Below are positions 26,897-41,248 of a DNA stretch of 64,000 bases, in pieces. Each line of letters begins with the position of its first letter. Positions within the stretch are counted from its first letter, which is position 1. The stretch covers positions 1,922,001 to 1,986,000 of the forward strand of contig CATNEN010000001.1 of the NCBI GenBank assembly GCA_950097015.1. The letters are read 5' to 3'. Position numbers and translations under genes: made by a program. The notes under the pieces were generated by a model, which did not search any database, was not told the origin of the DNA, and was given only the letters and a program-made list of their open reading frames with translations. Origin of the DNA: Macrostomum hystrix. Its lineage: Eukaryota; Animalia; Platyhelminthes.

Positions 26897-28751
26897 TGCA
26901 CCACTGTTTAAGAGCTAGTTAAACTATCGAACTTGGCGAAATTAGTTGCTCCTCTATTGCTAGATTTGCAAATCACAAACCAGAGAGAGAAAAAATACAC
27001 AAACCGATGGGGAGAGACGATTTGGGAAGGGGGCTACAGGTGGGCCATGAGGTGTACGCAATCACCCCTTGGACCACTGGAGCACCATAGTAGGATTGAA
27101 CTGAAAATTATAGGCATTGGGAGAAATTTATTTGCAACATGATCGAGAAGCATGTTGATTGCAATTACATTTTAAAAGAAAAATATTGAGCTGGATACAT
27201 TTATTTAAATTTTTAGAATTAATAAAAGTCCTAAAGATTTTTAGGTATTGCTTTTAAAATAAATTAATCAATACTTAAATAACTATAAGCAATTTTTCTG
27301 GAAATATTTAATAATAATAGATTTTTTAATCAAGCTAGCAAAATTAAAAGACCAGCTTTCTAGTTTGAAAGGCCTAATAATATATATATATATATACAAT
27401 GAATAGCTACATTTACAAAAGTGTAAAGCATATTTTTCATCATGAGTTAATATATAGGCCAAATTATAATGTCCTGAATATGTCTATTTAAAAGTAGCTT
27501 CAAATGAAATACTTTAGATTAGCCTCATTCAAACACATTGTTCATATAAAATCTTAATGAAATAATTTTGTTGCTAGTTTGAATACAAAATGAAGCAAAT
27601 AAGGATTTGTAAGTATGCAGCATTTCTTATAGCATGGCTGAGTTGCATGTGTTCAGTAGCTTGGCATCAGGGACTGCTTTTGTTCTGAGTTCCCACCTTG
27701 CCTCTCATAGCTATTCTGCCCATCAAGTGCATCCAACTGCACCATCAATGTCTACGAGGTCTGCCAACTATTCTAGAGTAGTTCTGGGTTTAAGTTTGAT
27801 TTTATGGATGCTTACTTGATATTGCATAAATATTAAAAATTCTAAGAATATTTTATATAAAAGCTGAAATTATCAAAGTTGACATCAAGCTAAAATATAA
27901 AAACCTAAATTGTGATTGTTGTGGGATGAGTGGCATAGTGGTACAATAGGGCCTATATTTGCCTTTATAACAAAGCCCTTGGGCTTGATTCCATGGCAAG
28001 GTCATGCACTTTCCATTGAATAGTGAATTAAGTGAATAGAAGACAATTAATTATTATAAACAATTAATTGGCCAACAACTAAAGTTTTCTAAACTTTACT
28101 AAAGTTTTCTAGCTGGGGCCAATGTTATTTTTTAATATAATGAATTGTCTTTTATTAACTAAATTGGCATTGGGCCTAGGCCTATCTATAAGCTTTTTAA
28201 GTATTCATGACCATGGGCCAAGTATGTAGTCAAGAAGGGGCATTTTTTGGTTTTCTACTCTACATTATTTTCTACCACTTTTTTAACTTTTTAAGATCTA
28301 ATATTTATCTAAGATTCTGAGCTTGGTCAAATTTTATTAAGTATATTTGATCTCATATCCATAAATAGTTTGGCCTAGTGACTTAGTAAGCAACTATAAG
28401 TATTTAGCTTGAAATCCAACAGAAAGATAATGTTAATGCAACTTGCATAGCCAGCCCTTTGAGGTTAGGCCCTAGGGCCCCTATAGTTAAAATATCATTA
28501 ACTTTAAAAACTAAGATTTAGGCTAGTCTAGTAAGATACTATACAAAAAGTAAGACCTAGCATTAACTAAATTTAGCTAAAAGGTGATAAAAATTGAAGT
28601 GATAGTGTTAAAAGCCTAAAATATTATCTATAACTATATAGGGGCCTACTAGATGTAATACATTTTCTTTAGATTTACTTAAAGTTAAATAATAATACTT
28701 TTATTAATTCACTTGCTATCCAATTATTAGATGCTACACAGAAAATAGCTA

Positions 28752-28765
28752 GTGTTTACGGCAAC
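28752..28765. promoter_or_regulatory. Candidate RFX X-box in the divergent KMT2C/D-MIEAP intergenic region
   Basis: GTGTTTACGGCAAC has a perfect GGCAAC half-site. A weaker GTATCTATGCAAC lies at 29032-29044. Confidence 0.3.
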
Positions 28766-29158
28766 TGCTTCCAACCAAGAAGACTCGACTTACACTACAG
28801 TAAAAATATATATAATAAATAAATTATAACATGATTAATCGATCAGGACAGTATTTAATAAAGTTCTTTAAATTCAGTCTGTTATAACGAACATTGTACT
28901 AATATGTATTTTTAAAAGTGATGTTTTTTTGCTGCAAGTTTGAAAAATAACTCCTCCTGCTTATAAAATAGTTACAATTTTTAGATAAATGACTGAGAAA
29001 ACTTAAAAATTATGTCTAGTTGTTTTACTCGGTATCTATGCAACTGAGGCCTCGAGTATTTAACTTACGCTAACATATATCATTTCCTAGTCGTGGATGG
29101 ACAGCATTAACGCTTCTTTCACTCTAGTCTCTAAAAAATCATAGCAAAGCTTGACTGA

Positions 29159-32100
29159 ATGGCTGAATCTTTGAGACGGCTAGTTGATATAGGCTCTTTT
29201 TCGATACTTCAAGAAAAGTTGGAAAAATGGTGTCGTGATTACAATGTAAGTGTGCAGTTTTACCATTTTTTGTGAACTCAAAAATTTCATAAACACAAAT
29301 CCTGATATATTTAATAAAGTTACTGATCCAGATTGTATTCTAGTAGTTTATGGGAAAGAATTTAAACTGCTTTAAAGTTTTTACCATTTATAACTATTTT
29401 TTGACGATTTCGAAACTAGTACTATGCAAAACTATTTACCGCAATATATAAATATACATATTGTCAGGAATCTAAAACATCTGTTCTCATAAAATTATCT
29501 AAATTTTACCTATCTTGCACCAGCGCAATACCAGCGACGAGAATGTTGCCACAGCGTGTGAGATTGTGGAGCTGAACGCCAGGGTTCAAGGCCAGTTATT
29601 CAAACTTCTTAGTCTCTGTGCTTCTGAAGGTTAGTTGTACACCGATTTTTTCCAAAAAACTAAATGATATTTTTGCGCTGTCAAATTGAGTTATATTGTG
29701 AGAAATATTTTAATTAAACGAAATATTGTAGGCGGGTTGTACGGCACCGGAGCCGCGGCTATTCGTTCGCGCCTGCTGCCACTACTGGGGCACGGCTTCT
29801 TCGCCAGCGGTCTGAGCTCCGACGCATCGTTAAGCGTCATTGCCGATGCAGCCAATCGGGAGCGCGAACTTGGTGAAGTGCGCCGATCCTACGAACAGTC
29901 GTTGGATGAGCTGGAGGCTGAGTTAGGCAAATTCAAAGCCGAGAATGATGACATCCGCGCTGAGTGAGTTGCAATTATTTCATAACCATGCGTCAATCAT
30001 GTGTTTAGATAGATTTTTAACTTATTAAATAAATAATTTTAATTAGACTGGAAGACACGAAGCAGGAGCTGGACAGACAGAGTCGGGCGTCAGCCAGTGA
30101 GAAGATGTTCTCCGAGGCTGAAATTCGCGATCTGAAATTTAAGTAAGTCGTCAATGGTATAATATTGTGTGTCGTTTGACAGAGAAGCTTTGAGAAAGGG
30201 AGACCTTTCGTTCACTGCTCTATCAATAAATATGAACTTAGACGAGTCATTCATCAAACAAAAAATCTATGTTTCCCAGACTATCCGAAGCTGAAGCTGA
30301 GAACGATCGCCTGAGGTCGCGAGTTCGCATCCTGGACGACTACGAACGCCAGGTGCGCCACCTTCGCGAGGAGATCGCCATCCTGCAAGGTCGGCCGTTA
30401 TTGTATCCGCCGCCGCTGCTGCCGCTGCCGCCGCCGCCGCCGCAGCCAGTGTCAAGGCCGAGGACACCAACTTCAAAGGAGACGCCAGTCAGCGATGAGT
30501 GAGACCCCGAGGGACAATGGACAGTGCTCGTAGATAAAAAGGAGATTTACGTATCTACGAGCTCGTAAAGTTTACTCGTAATGATTTACAGCTTATAAAC
30601 GGTAGAAGACCCAGGGGGGTACTTAGAATATCCTATATCTCCTAACATATTTAACCAATCGCCATGAAAATCCAGAACAGAGGGCTCAAATTTTCCGCTT
30701 CATCCGATAAAGCAACTTCATCAATGATTCTAGTCGGGACGTTTAGTAGAAAAACAACCAATGTCGGTATAATTTTTCTGCTAAAAAAATTTATTACATA
30801 GTTAATGTCAGGTATTAGTGTTGATTATACTTGTAATTATACATTTTTTCTTGAAATGGAAATTTTTACTGCGGTGTTTGACTACGAGTATAATGATGAG
30901 TACTTAAAAAAATGGTGCTTAAAAACTCTAAATTTAGTGCCTAGCAAAAACGTCTACTTCTAAGCAATTGGAGTCACTAAATGAAATGAAAAGTCAGAAA
31001 TGAAACGCTAGGCTTCTTTGGGATCCAACACTGGATCGATACCCAAGCCCATTAACCCACTATAGAGGAGGGACGTCTGTCATTTCTCCCACGTTTCAGT
31101 TATGGGATAAAACATTTCACACCCTAATCCCTCATTAGGCCTCTCGTATTTCCTTCTCAACCATTTCAACAACTGCGGAGATGGCTTTGTGCTATTTAGA
31201 AATGCTGTCAGTTATCTCAATTCCTAAGATAATTGCTTTGCATGGGGAAAAGCCAATCAAATTCAGAAAAACCCAATTCCCTAACACCAGCGAGCTGGCA
31301 GATTCCGTCAGCAGTCACCTGGCCTACCACGGCCGTCCGGGGCCGCTGTCGCCGCTGTCGCCGCACGACCCGATTCAGCGATCTCGTCAGCAGGCTCTTG
31401 TGGCCCGTTTCAACGACGCATTCTCGTTGGCTCGTCTAGAGGCCATGGAGACGCTGCGGCGTTACTATGACGACAATGTCAACAATCAGAAGATTGTCTT
31501 CGCGGCTGTTTTGGTGAGTTTTATAACTGTCAATCAATCAATCTATCGATCAGTCTATCTATCTATGTATCTAAATTTTTTCTTTCTACACATATTTTTA
31601 GGTAGATCTTATGGACCATTGTACTTTTAATTAGCATTTTTTATTCAGGAGTTTTTTATGGCTTAAGGGGTCTCAGGAAGTAACGGACAATAGCACAGAA
31701 ATCTTTGAAATTAAGCTTTGAAATCCTCATTAAAAATATGAAAAAAGACAGACATTTTACTGTAACGCGTACAATGCGATGCTTCCATTAAAACGACATG
31801 AGTTAGAAATTTGCTAACTCTCAATTTTAATTTCTTGCCATTATTTGACAATCTACAATCCATCTAATCTGACAGGAGGCATTCAGTTCAGCCAAGCTAG
31901 CTTTCAGAGCCTTCAAATCAAAAGTGCGCTCCCAGTTGTTGCTTAGCCACGTTGGACCGGACACTCTGGAGGAAGCTGTGCAGGACTACATCAACTGTCA
32001 CACCGACATGTACGACCTTCACGCCTTAGTACAGGTAAGGCTCAATGATTGTGTGATAATTTATAACTCAGGCTGTGTTCCTAACCTAAAAATCCCTACC

Positions 32101-35100
32101 CCAATAGGACTCAATCCGAGGCCTGACTCGAAACTACCGCCTGTACCTGCCACCTGGCATCGGATACGACATTCTGACGCCGTTCCTTCGCGAGGCCTGC
32201 CACCTGGCTTGGGGCATGTCAGCTCTGGCGCATCCGGTTGACGCGGCTGCTGGCTACGATGGAGAATTGTTCGACGACTTCAGGTGAACGCTAGGAGCTG
32301 CTGATTGACTGGCTGGCTGAGCTGTGTTTGAGTACACAATGCATTGATAATCTGAGCTGTGTTTGAGTACACAATGCATTGATAATCTGAGCTGTGTTTG
32401 AGTACACAATGCATTGATAATCTGAGCTGTGTTTGAGTACACAATGCATTGATAATCTGAGCTGTGTTTGAGTACACAATGCATTGATAATCTGAGCTGT
32501 GTTTGAGTACACAATGCATTGATAATCTGAGCTGTGTTTGAGTACACAATTCATTGATAATCTGAGCTGTGTTTGAGTACACAATTCATTGATAATCTGA
32601 GCTGTGTTTGAGTACACAATGCATTGATAATCTGAGCTGTGTTTGAGTACACAATGCATTGATAATCTGAGCTGTGTTTGAGTACACAATGCATTGATAA
32701 TCTGAGCTGTGTTTGAGTACACAATTCATTGATAATCTGAGCTGTGTTTGAGTACACAATTCATTGATAATCTGAGCTGTGTTTGAGTACACAATGCATT
32801 GATAATCTGAGCTGTGTTTGAGTACACAATGCATTGATAATCTGAGCTGTGTTTGAGTACACAATGCATTGATAATCTGAGCTGTGTTTGAGTACACAAT
32901 GCATTGATAATCTGAGCTGTGTTTGAGTACACAATTCATTGATAATCTGAGCTGTGTTTGAGTACACAATGCATTGATAATCTGAGCTGTGTTTGAGTAC
33001 ACAATGCATTGATAATCTGAGCTGTGTTTGAGTACACAATGCATTGATAATCTGAGCTGTGTTTGAGTACACAATTCATTGATAATCTGAGCTGTGTTTG
33101 AGTACACAATTCATTGATAATCTGAGCTGTGTTTGAGTACACAATGCATTGATAATCTGAGCTGTGTTTGAGTACACAATGCATTGATAATCTGAGCTGT
33201 GTTTGAGTACACAATGCATTGATAATCTGAGCTGTGTTTGAGTACACAATGCATTGATAATCTGAGCTGTGTTTGAGTACACAATGCATTGATAATCTGA
33301 GCTGTGTTTGAGTACACAATTCATTGATAATCTGAGCTGTGTTTGAGTACACAATGCATTGATAATCTGAGCTGTGTTTGAGTACACAATGCATTGATAA
33401 TCTGAGCTGTGTTTGAGTACACAATGCATTGATAATCTGAGCTGTGTTTGAGTACACAATGCATTGATAATCTGAGCTGTGTTTGAGTACACAATTCATT
33501 GATAATCTGAGCTGTGTTTGAGTACACAATTCATTGATAATCTGAGCTGTGTTTGAGTACACAATGGATTGATAATCTGAGCTAACTCTGCATTGCTTTA
33601 GTTCAGGGTAGGTGTGGCGCCCCAACCCCAGTCCATGGACTGAACAGCCGTACACAGCCTTCAGATGCGCCGCGGAATGACTTAAATAAGCCCTGGTTCA
33701 AAAAACCTTATAATTACTGATAAAAGTTAGTCAAGTAATTAAATATCGTTTTATAAATTTCGTTTTAAATATTTTTTGATTCTCCGTGCATCAATCTCTA
33801 TCGATCTCTATCAATCTCTATCAATCTCTATCAATCTCTATCAATCTCTATCAATCACTATCGACCTCTATCAATCTCTATCGATCTCTATCGATCTCTA
33901 TCAATCTCTATCGATCTCTATCAATATCTATCGATCTCTATCAATCTCTATCAATCTCTATCGACCTCTATCAACCTCTATCGATCTCTATCGATCTCTA
34001 TCGCTCTCCATAGATCTAGATCGATCTCTATCGATCTCTCAATCTCCATCGATCTCTATCGATTTCTATCGATCTCTATCGAACTTCGTCGATCTCCATA
34101 GATCTACATCAAGCTAAAGAATATTTTCAGCCTCAATAAAAATGTTTTTTTCATTTTTTTAAACAGCTTTGTTAACTCCGAATTATTTAGTGCCTTGGTT
34201 CACAATTTCGGTGTCTATACATTATCAGCATCTAATCTCAAAATCTGCTGCAGATATCGCCGCAGCTACGACTCGGAATTCACCGCTCCGCTGGTGTCGC
34301 ATCACATCTGGCCAGCCCTGCTGCAGGGCGCCAATGTGCTGGTCAAGGGCGAGGCCTGCACGCGTCGCGGTGGCTACGTAAGTGTGGGATATTTTGGGAA
34401 TTCTTCCCAGGACGGAACTAATTAAGGAAAAGAAGAATGATGAGTGGGAAGAGCGTAGGATGGGAACAATGTAGGATGTGAAGAATGTAGGATTTGAACA
34501 ATGTAGGATGTGAAGAATGTAGGTTGGGAAAAAAGAATAATGGGAAGAATGTAGGAAGGGAAGAATGTAGGGTGTGAAGATTGTAGGGTGTGAAGATTGT
34601 AGGGTGGGAAGAATGTAGGGTGGGAAGAATGTAGGGTGGGAAGAATGTAGGATGGGAAGAATGTAGGGTGGGAAGAATGTAGGGTGGGAAGAATTTAGGG
34701 TGGGAAGAATGTAGGGTGGGAAGAATGTAGGGTGGGAAGAATTTAGGGTGGGAAGAATGTAGGGTGGGAAGAATGTAGGATGGGAAGAATGTAGGATGGG
34801 AAGAATGTAGGGTGTGAAGATTGTAGGGTGGAAAGATTGTAGGATGGGAAGAATGTAGGGTGTGAAGATTGTAGGTGGGAAGATTGTAGGGTGGAAAGAT
34901 TGTAGGGTGTGAAGATTGTAGGGTGGGAAGATTGTAGGGTGGAAAGATTGTAGGGTGGGAAGATTGTAGGTTGGGAAGAATGTAGGGTGGGAAGATTGTA
35001 GGGTGGAAAGATTGTAGGGTGGGAAGATTGTAGGGTGGAAAGATTGTAGGGTGGGAAGATTGTAGGTTGGGAAGAATGTAGGGTGTGAAGATTGTAGGAT

Positions 35101-36170
35101 GGGAAGATTGTAGATTCTCTGGCCAAGAGAATTCTCTTCTCTTTTTATCCTCACAGACCAATAATTTCATTATCGTTAATTACCATTTAAAATTTATTAC
35201 AGTCACGCTAATTCGAATGGACCCTGACTAAAGATGAGCAAGAAATTCTTGTTATACTACTAGCTAATTCGTCACTTACTACTTTAATAAGCTATCAGAA
35301 AAACACGTAAAATTGTAAGCCATGAGACGTTGCAGTTTTTGCAATTATTTTTGTTTGCTTTTTTTATTTTTCATTCTCGACTGTGACATGACACAATATT
35401 TGATTTTAGCTTTGCAAGTCAACTGCTTAGCTTGGATTTTATCGGTGTTTATTATTAATTTCGCTTGACTTTTTCCAGGCAGAAATCTTTTGAAAATCTT
35501 TTGGACTTAATTTTTTCTAATTTAAGGTTACAGCTTCTTAAAAATTAGCTCGTTATAAAAAATTTAGATTTCTAATCCATTAATTTCCTCAATTCACAGA
35601 GTGCCCGTTCAAGAAGTGCATCGAGATCTGCCTCTCCATGTAAGTAGTATAGTTTGCACGTGATAAATTTGCATAGGACAAGACTGGGTGAGGGTGAGCG
35701 CTCGGGCAGGGCTGCAAAAGGCGGGGCAGAGAGAGAAAGGTGGGGGCGGGACTGACCAATCAGGCGCCGACCCGGCTACGCAAGGCTTATGGTGGGTGGA
35801 GCAGGGTGAGAGCGGCTTCAACCAATCAGATCACTCTGGATTAACAAGAGCAAACTGGACCGGATTTTGGGAAGGGCCCCGGCAAGGGCGATAAACAAAA
35901 ACAAGAGACTGACATACAATGAGTAGGCTTGTATAGCATATTGTGATCTAAATTTATTTCGATTACAAAAAACATTCAAAATCCGCTCAACCAGCGCGCG
36001 TCAACGGCGCCGGCACTGCCAGATCAAACGCCGGACGGACGCCGCGAGTGCCTTCCGGAGGCAGCAAGCAGCAGCAGCAGCAGCAGCAGCAGCCTTCGGC
36101 TCGCGCGGGCGCAGATCTTGGCAGCACCGCTCGTACAGCTTCAACATCTCTGTCTCACTACATAGACTAA
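29159..36170 (+). CDS. SPATA18: Mitochondria-eating protein (MIEAP/SPATA18) homologue
   Basis: Exons: 29159-29245, 29524-29629, 29732-29963, 30047-30142, 30280-30498, 31291-31513, 31876-32034, 32108-32283, 34254-34377, 35600-35639, 35995-36170. N-terminus [19 protein letters not shown] and [16 protein letters not shown], and C-terminal [35 protein letters not shown], match MIEAP. The last two exons are less certain. Confidence 0.9.
32317..33582. repeat. Highly homogeneous minisatellite, 35-bp unit (CTGAGCTGTGTTTGAGTACACAATGCATTGATAAT), about 36 copies
   Basis: Visible directly, with essentially one variable site (G/T). Lies in a MIEAP intron. Confidence 0.97.
33583..33690 (+). mobile_element. 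SINE 3' fragment
   Basis: GGTGTGGCG..CCCAGTCCATGGACTGAACAGCCGTACACAGCC is nearly identical to 60531-60577. Confidence 0.7.
33790..34110. repeat. 10-bp tandem repeat (TC[A/G]ATCTCTA)
   Basis: Visible directly. Confidence 0.93.
34440..35112. repeat. Minisatellite, 16-bp unit (GGGAAGA[A/T]TGTAGGGT)
   Basis: Visible directly, in a MIEAP intron. Confidence 0.93.
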
Positions 36171-36721
36171 TTATTGATTGCCATGGAAGAGATTCAGTTC
36201 GATCTTTTCATACCAACTGATGTCAAATGTTATCATCACTTTTTGAGCGATCAAACCTAATATTTCATAGATTTTCTCAATCAACCTTTTAGTTGAATTA
36301 CCCGAGTCTCCAAGGCGACTGGTATAGCCTCAATTTGTGCCCTTAAGTCGGTTTTCTAAAATGCGATTTCAAAAGTACATATTTAGTTTTATAATTTTTT
36401 TCAGCGAATCTCAAACGCTTGCATGCTCTTCCTTTAGTTTTTTTTATTTGGCCTTTTTTGTTGCCTTCATTGTTTAGTTTTGCTTTTCTCAAGCTTTTCA
36501 GTTTGTTTTTTTTACGACTTCCATTCCCTTTTCCGTCTTATTTTATAGTTGGTTTTTTAGACTTTAGATTTTAGCTCCTATTTTTTGTATAGCGTTTTTG
36601 TAATTGTTTACTTTTTAGTAAAAATGAAATTTAACATGCGCTTCAAATGTTTACACAGTCTGTTAATAGAAATTTGCTTTGTACTTTAGCGATTGCAAAT
36701 TTATTTTATCACGACTTCATA

Positions 36722-36965
36722 TTCAAGGACAAGCAGGTAATGCAAATGGAATTCCTCTGCAGCCGCTTTTATTGGTCACACATTCAAGTATACTGCTATT
36801 GGCTCAGAGCTGTCACGTGATGTTTACTTCGTCCATAGGACAGACTTCCATTGAACCCCAATAAGTGACGTGCCTTGGGGTTTCCCATTAAATGTTCTTA
36901 AATATAGTAACAACTGACTCATGCGTGACCAATAAAATTAGGAGGGCAATTAACCTTGGCCTTAA
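36722..36965. mobile_element. Possible degenerate MITE
   Basis: 13-bp inverted repeat TTTTATTGGTCAC (36767) / GTGACCAATAAAA (36925), plus weak outer similarity TCAAGGACAAG / CTTGGCCTTAA. Confidence 0.3.
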
Positions 36966-37639
36966 ACTTGACCTTGTTGTTAATTTAAGTTTTCTAAGAC
37001 ATAAAAAAGCATAAATTAGCTTTATGTGCTTTTTGTCTGTTTCTTTTTTCTTCATATATTTCTATCGCTGTTGAGTTACGGACTATATCTAAATTTCGTT
37101 TTCACAATGGACCAATTCAAACCATGCAGACACCGATGCAGGTATTACTGTGTACATAAGGTTTGAAGTTCTGTCAGCTGGGGCTGTTAAACCAGTTTTG
37201 GACTGCTGAAAAACATTTTTAAAAAGTGTACTTTAAAAAAAGCGTCAAATTTTTGTCCTTTAATGGTGCTTATCGTAACGACGTAACAAGCGTATATGGT
37301 CATGTTACTAGATTTGCACTAATCCGTTTTTTTATTTATTGTTTTTGTTAGAGATATTTAGTTTTCTCTTTATTTGTTAGATTTCTTTTTATCACAGGCG
37401 TACATTTTCAGTTCCACGAAAGAACTGATATTTGTTTTTGGCTGTGCATTCTGTGTATTCCATCATCTTGATATTGATTCACGTAGTTAAAAAATTCATA
37501 ATTGGCATCGTTAAAAAATATTTCTTTTTAGTTATTTTAAACTTATTGCGCAACTATTGTTTCTTAGAAAAAAGTAGAATGCTAAAAAATACACCGCTGG
37601 AAACACTTGCTAGTTTATTATTTATCGGTTAAAAACATA

Positions 37640-39570
37640 AATTATTCACTGAGTCCTGATATTCACCGAGTCCCGATATTCACCGAATCCCGATATTCAC
37701 TGAATCCCGATATTCACCGAGTCCCGATATTCACCGAATCCCAATATTCACTGAGTCCCGATATTCACCGAATCCCGATATTCACCGAATCCCGATATTC
37801 ACCGAGTCCCGATATTCACTGAATCCAGATATTCACCGAATCCCGATATTCACCGAGTCCTGATATTCACTGAGTCCCGATATTCACTGAGTCCCGATAA
37901 TCACCGAATCCCGATATTCACCGAATCCCGATATTCACCGAGTCCCGATATTCACCGAGTCCCGATAATCACCGAGTCCCGATATTCACTGAATCCAGAT
38001 ATTCACCGAGTCCCGATATTCACCGAGTCCCGATATTCACCGAGTCCCGATATTCACCGAGTCCCAATATTCACTGAGTCCCGATATTCACCGAATCCAG
38101 ATTTCACCGAATCCCGATATTCACCGAGTCCCGATATTCACTGAATCCAGATATTCACCGAGTCCCGATATTCACTGAATCCCGATATTCACCGAGTCCC
38201 GATATTCACTGAATCCAGATATTCACCGAGTCCCGATATTCACTGAATCCAGATATTCACCGAGTCCCGATATTCACTGAATCCCGATATTCACCGAGTC
38301 CCGATATTCACTGAATCCAGATATTCACTGAATCCCGATATTCACCGAGTCCCGATAATCACCGAGTCCCGATATTCACCGAGTCCCGATATTCACTGAA
38401 TCCCGATATTCACCGAGTCCCGATATTCACCGAGTCCCGATATTCACCGAGTCCCGATATTCACTGAATCCAGATATTCACTGAATCCCGATATTCACCG
38501 AGTCCCGATATTCACTGAATCCAGATATTCACTGAATCCCGATATTCACCGAGTCCCGATATTCACCGAGTCCCGATATTCACCGAGTCCCGATATTCAC
38601 TGAATCCTGATATTCACTGAATCCTGATATTCACTGAATCCCGATATTCACCGAGTCCCGATATTCACTGAATCCTGATATTCACTGAATCCTGATATTC
38701 ACTGAATCCCGATATTCACCGAGTCCCGATATTCACCGAGTCCCGATATTCACCGAGTCCCGATATTCACTGAATCCTGATATTCACTGAATCCCGATAT
38801 TCACCGAGTCCCGATATTCACCGAGTCCCGATATTCACCGAGTCCCGATATTCACCGAGTCCCGATAATCACTGAATCCTGATATTCACCGAGTCCCGAT
38901 ATTCACTGAATCCTGATATTCACCGAATCCAGATATTCACCGAATCCCGATATTCACCGAGTCCCGATAATCACTGAATCCTGATATTCACCGAGTCCCG
39001 ATATTCACTGAATCCTGATATTCACCGAATCCAGATATTCACCGAGTCCCGATATTCACCGAGTCCCGATAATCACTGAATCCTGATATTCACCGAGTCC
39101 CGATATTCACTGAATCCTGATATTCACTGAATCCCGATATTCACCGAGTCCCGATATTCACCGAGTCCCGATATTCACCGAGTCCCGATATTCACCGAGT
39201 CCCGATATTCACCGAGTCCCGATATTCACCGAGTCCCGATAATCACTGAATCCTGATATTCACCGAGTCCCGATATTCACTGAATCCTGATATTCACCGA
39301 GTCCCGATATTCACCGAGTCCTGATATTCACTGAATCCCGATATTCACCGAGTCCCGATATTCACTGAATCCTGATATTCACCGAATCCAGATATTCACC
39401 GAATCCCGATATTCACCGAGTCCCGATAATCACTGAATCCTGATATTCACCGAGTCCCGATATTCACCGAGTCCCGATATTCACCGAGTCCCGATATTCA
39501 CCGAGTCCCGATATTCACCGAGTCCCGATATTCACCGAGTCCCGATATTCACCGAGTCCCGATATTCGCT
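37640..39570. repeat. Minisatellite, 17-bp unit (GATATTCACCGAGTCCC), more than 100 copies, intergenic
   Basis: Visible directly. Confidence 0.97.
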
Positions 39571-40136
39571 GGACTGGTTGTCACTCACATACACTGAGTA
39601 GATAGGAAATACATATGCACTACTTTAGTACTTAGTACTTACTACTAAGTAAGTTATTGGTGATTTCATTAAGCCGAAGCTTGTGTGTCTGCCTGTTTTA
39701 GCTCAGGAGCTGTGCTTAAAGAAAATAGCAGCTACAGTCAATGTTGATCGCTTTTCGACGCTTCGTCAAGATCGCTTCTCATGGCGATTGAATTTAGTTT
39801 AATTAAAGCTAAAATAAAAATCTCTTCGAGTAGATAAATTATACTGTAATAATAAGTAATGTATTCAATGAAGTGCATTGCACTCGATTCAATTTTATAT
39901 GCATTTTTTAAGCGAAGTAGATTCAGTTTTTTGTGTGAAATTGTTGCTGTTGCTTCGATTGCAGGTTGTTGACAAGAGTACATTATAGGATCGGTAGTAC
40001 GGTCGTGAAATAATTGAGCATACTAGTAAGTTCATAGAAACAATACCAGTCGTATGGCGTGCTAGCTAAAAAAAGTAAATAAAAAATTTCTTGACTTCGT
40101 CGCTTACTTGTTTGTCAGTATCTGGTCAGCATTCAA

Positions 40137-40673
40137 TTAATCAGATTTCTCTGAGTCGTCCTTGCTGTCCATCACGGCTATTAATTCGTCCACTTTCGAG
40201 GGGCGCGAAAAATTATGGTGCAGCTCATCGGCAGAAGTTTCCATCTGGTTTTCATTGTGTTTGCGCCATTTTAAAATCTCCTCGTGTTTCTTCAATCGGA
40301 GCTCGGCAGCAAACTCGGGATTAAAAAGTGTGGCTCTGCCCAGAGCTTTGAGAGAGTCGTGCGCCGCTGGAGATTCCATAACGTCTGCGGCGGCGTAGTC
40401 GGTCCCGTGTTCATCAGAAGGCTCGCGCTCATTTCTTGCGACAAACTTGGATTTTTTATTGTGACTAGGCTGCAGTTGAATTTTACAAGGGGCTTCCAGT
40501 AGGCCACACTCTTTAGACTCCACGACTGCTCGTTTGCTGAAGCCGCCTTCTTCTTTGCTTCCAGATTCTATTGACGCCCTTGCATGCCATATAAACAGGA
40601 CTAGCAGGCTCAGAGCGACCAATGTAAACACTACCACAAAGCAGAACAGCACTATGATCAGGGAGTCGTTCAT
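40137..40673 (-). CDS. Orphan 178-aa protein with N-terminal transmembrane helix and charged tail
   Basis: ATG-initiated intronless ORF with coding-like composition. Hydrophobic stretch LIIVLFCFVVVFTLVALSLLVLFIW. T-rich CAG acceptor 11 nt upstream of the ATG. Confidence 0.65.
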   Translation of the reverse strand: MNDSLIIVLFCFVVVFTLVALSLLVLFIWHARASIESGSKEEGGFSKRAVVESKECGLLEAPCKIQLQPSHNKKSKFVARNEREPSDEHGTDYAAADVMESPAAHDSLKALGRATLFNPEFAAELRLKKHEEILKWRKHNENQMETSADELHHNFSRPSKVDELIAVMDSKDDSEKSD

Positions 40674-41248
40674 AGTGCGATCTTCTGCGCAAAAAAAATC
40701 GATTAGTTCCAGCAGACTAGGTCCAGTTACTCAAGTCGGCAACCATTCGATCATTTGAATCTCAATGACGAGGCAACGCAGAGCTCGGCACACTCTTTTT
40801 TACTGAATGAAGACTTGCTTAGCCTTAAGTGTGCAAATCGCAGTATTGCCATAGACATTTAAGAAGGAAAGTACAAAAGTGCACAAAGAATAAGCGAAAG
40901 TCTCTTTTGTTGAAATGAATCGAGAGATCTGGGAAACGCCCATAGAATTTTGTCAAAACGAAGTGTTGCGTGACTGCGTGTTGATGACTCTGCAGGTAGT
41001 TTTTTGACGCTTTACTCGATCGAATATCTGACTCTGTATCTCAGGTTGCTATACTAGAGCAACTAAAAAATCTTAATTCTCAATTGTCGAACGTCGAGTT
41101 TCTCGAGTTCGATGAGCGAGCTAATCTTTTCCTGACGTGAGTCAACCAGTCACGCAGTTTGCTTCGACACATCGATCGTGAGGCATCGATGCTATTTATT
41201 GGGCTGTCTTTGTGCCTTAAACCGCATGGGCTGCGATACTCATATAGA

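Noticed and set aside
32317-33582. 35-bp (and 29-, 32-, 33-, 26-, 31-bp) regular repeats as CRISPR arrays
   Set aside because: Units are head-to-tail with no unique spacers, there are no cas genes, and the context is eukaryotic introns.
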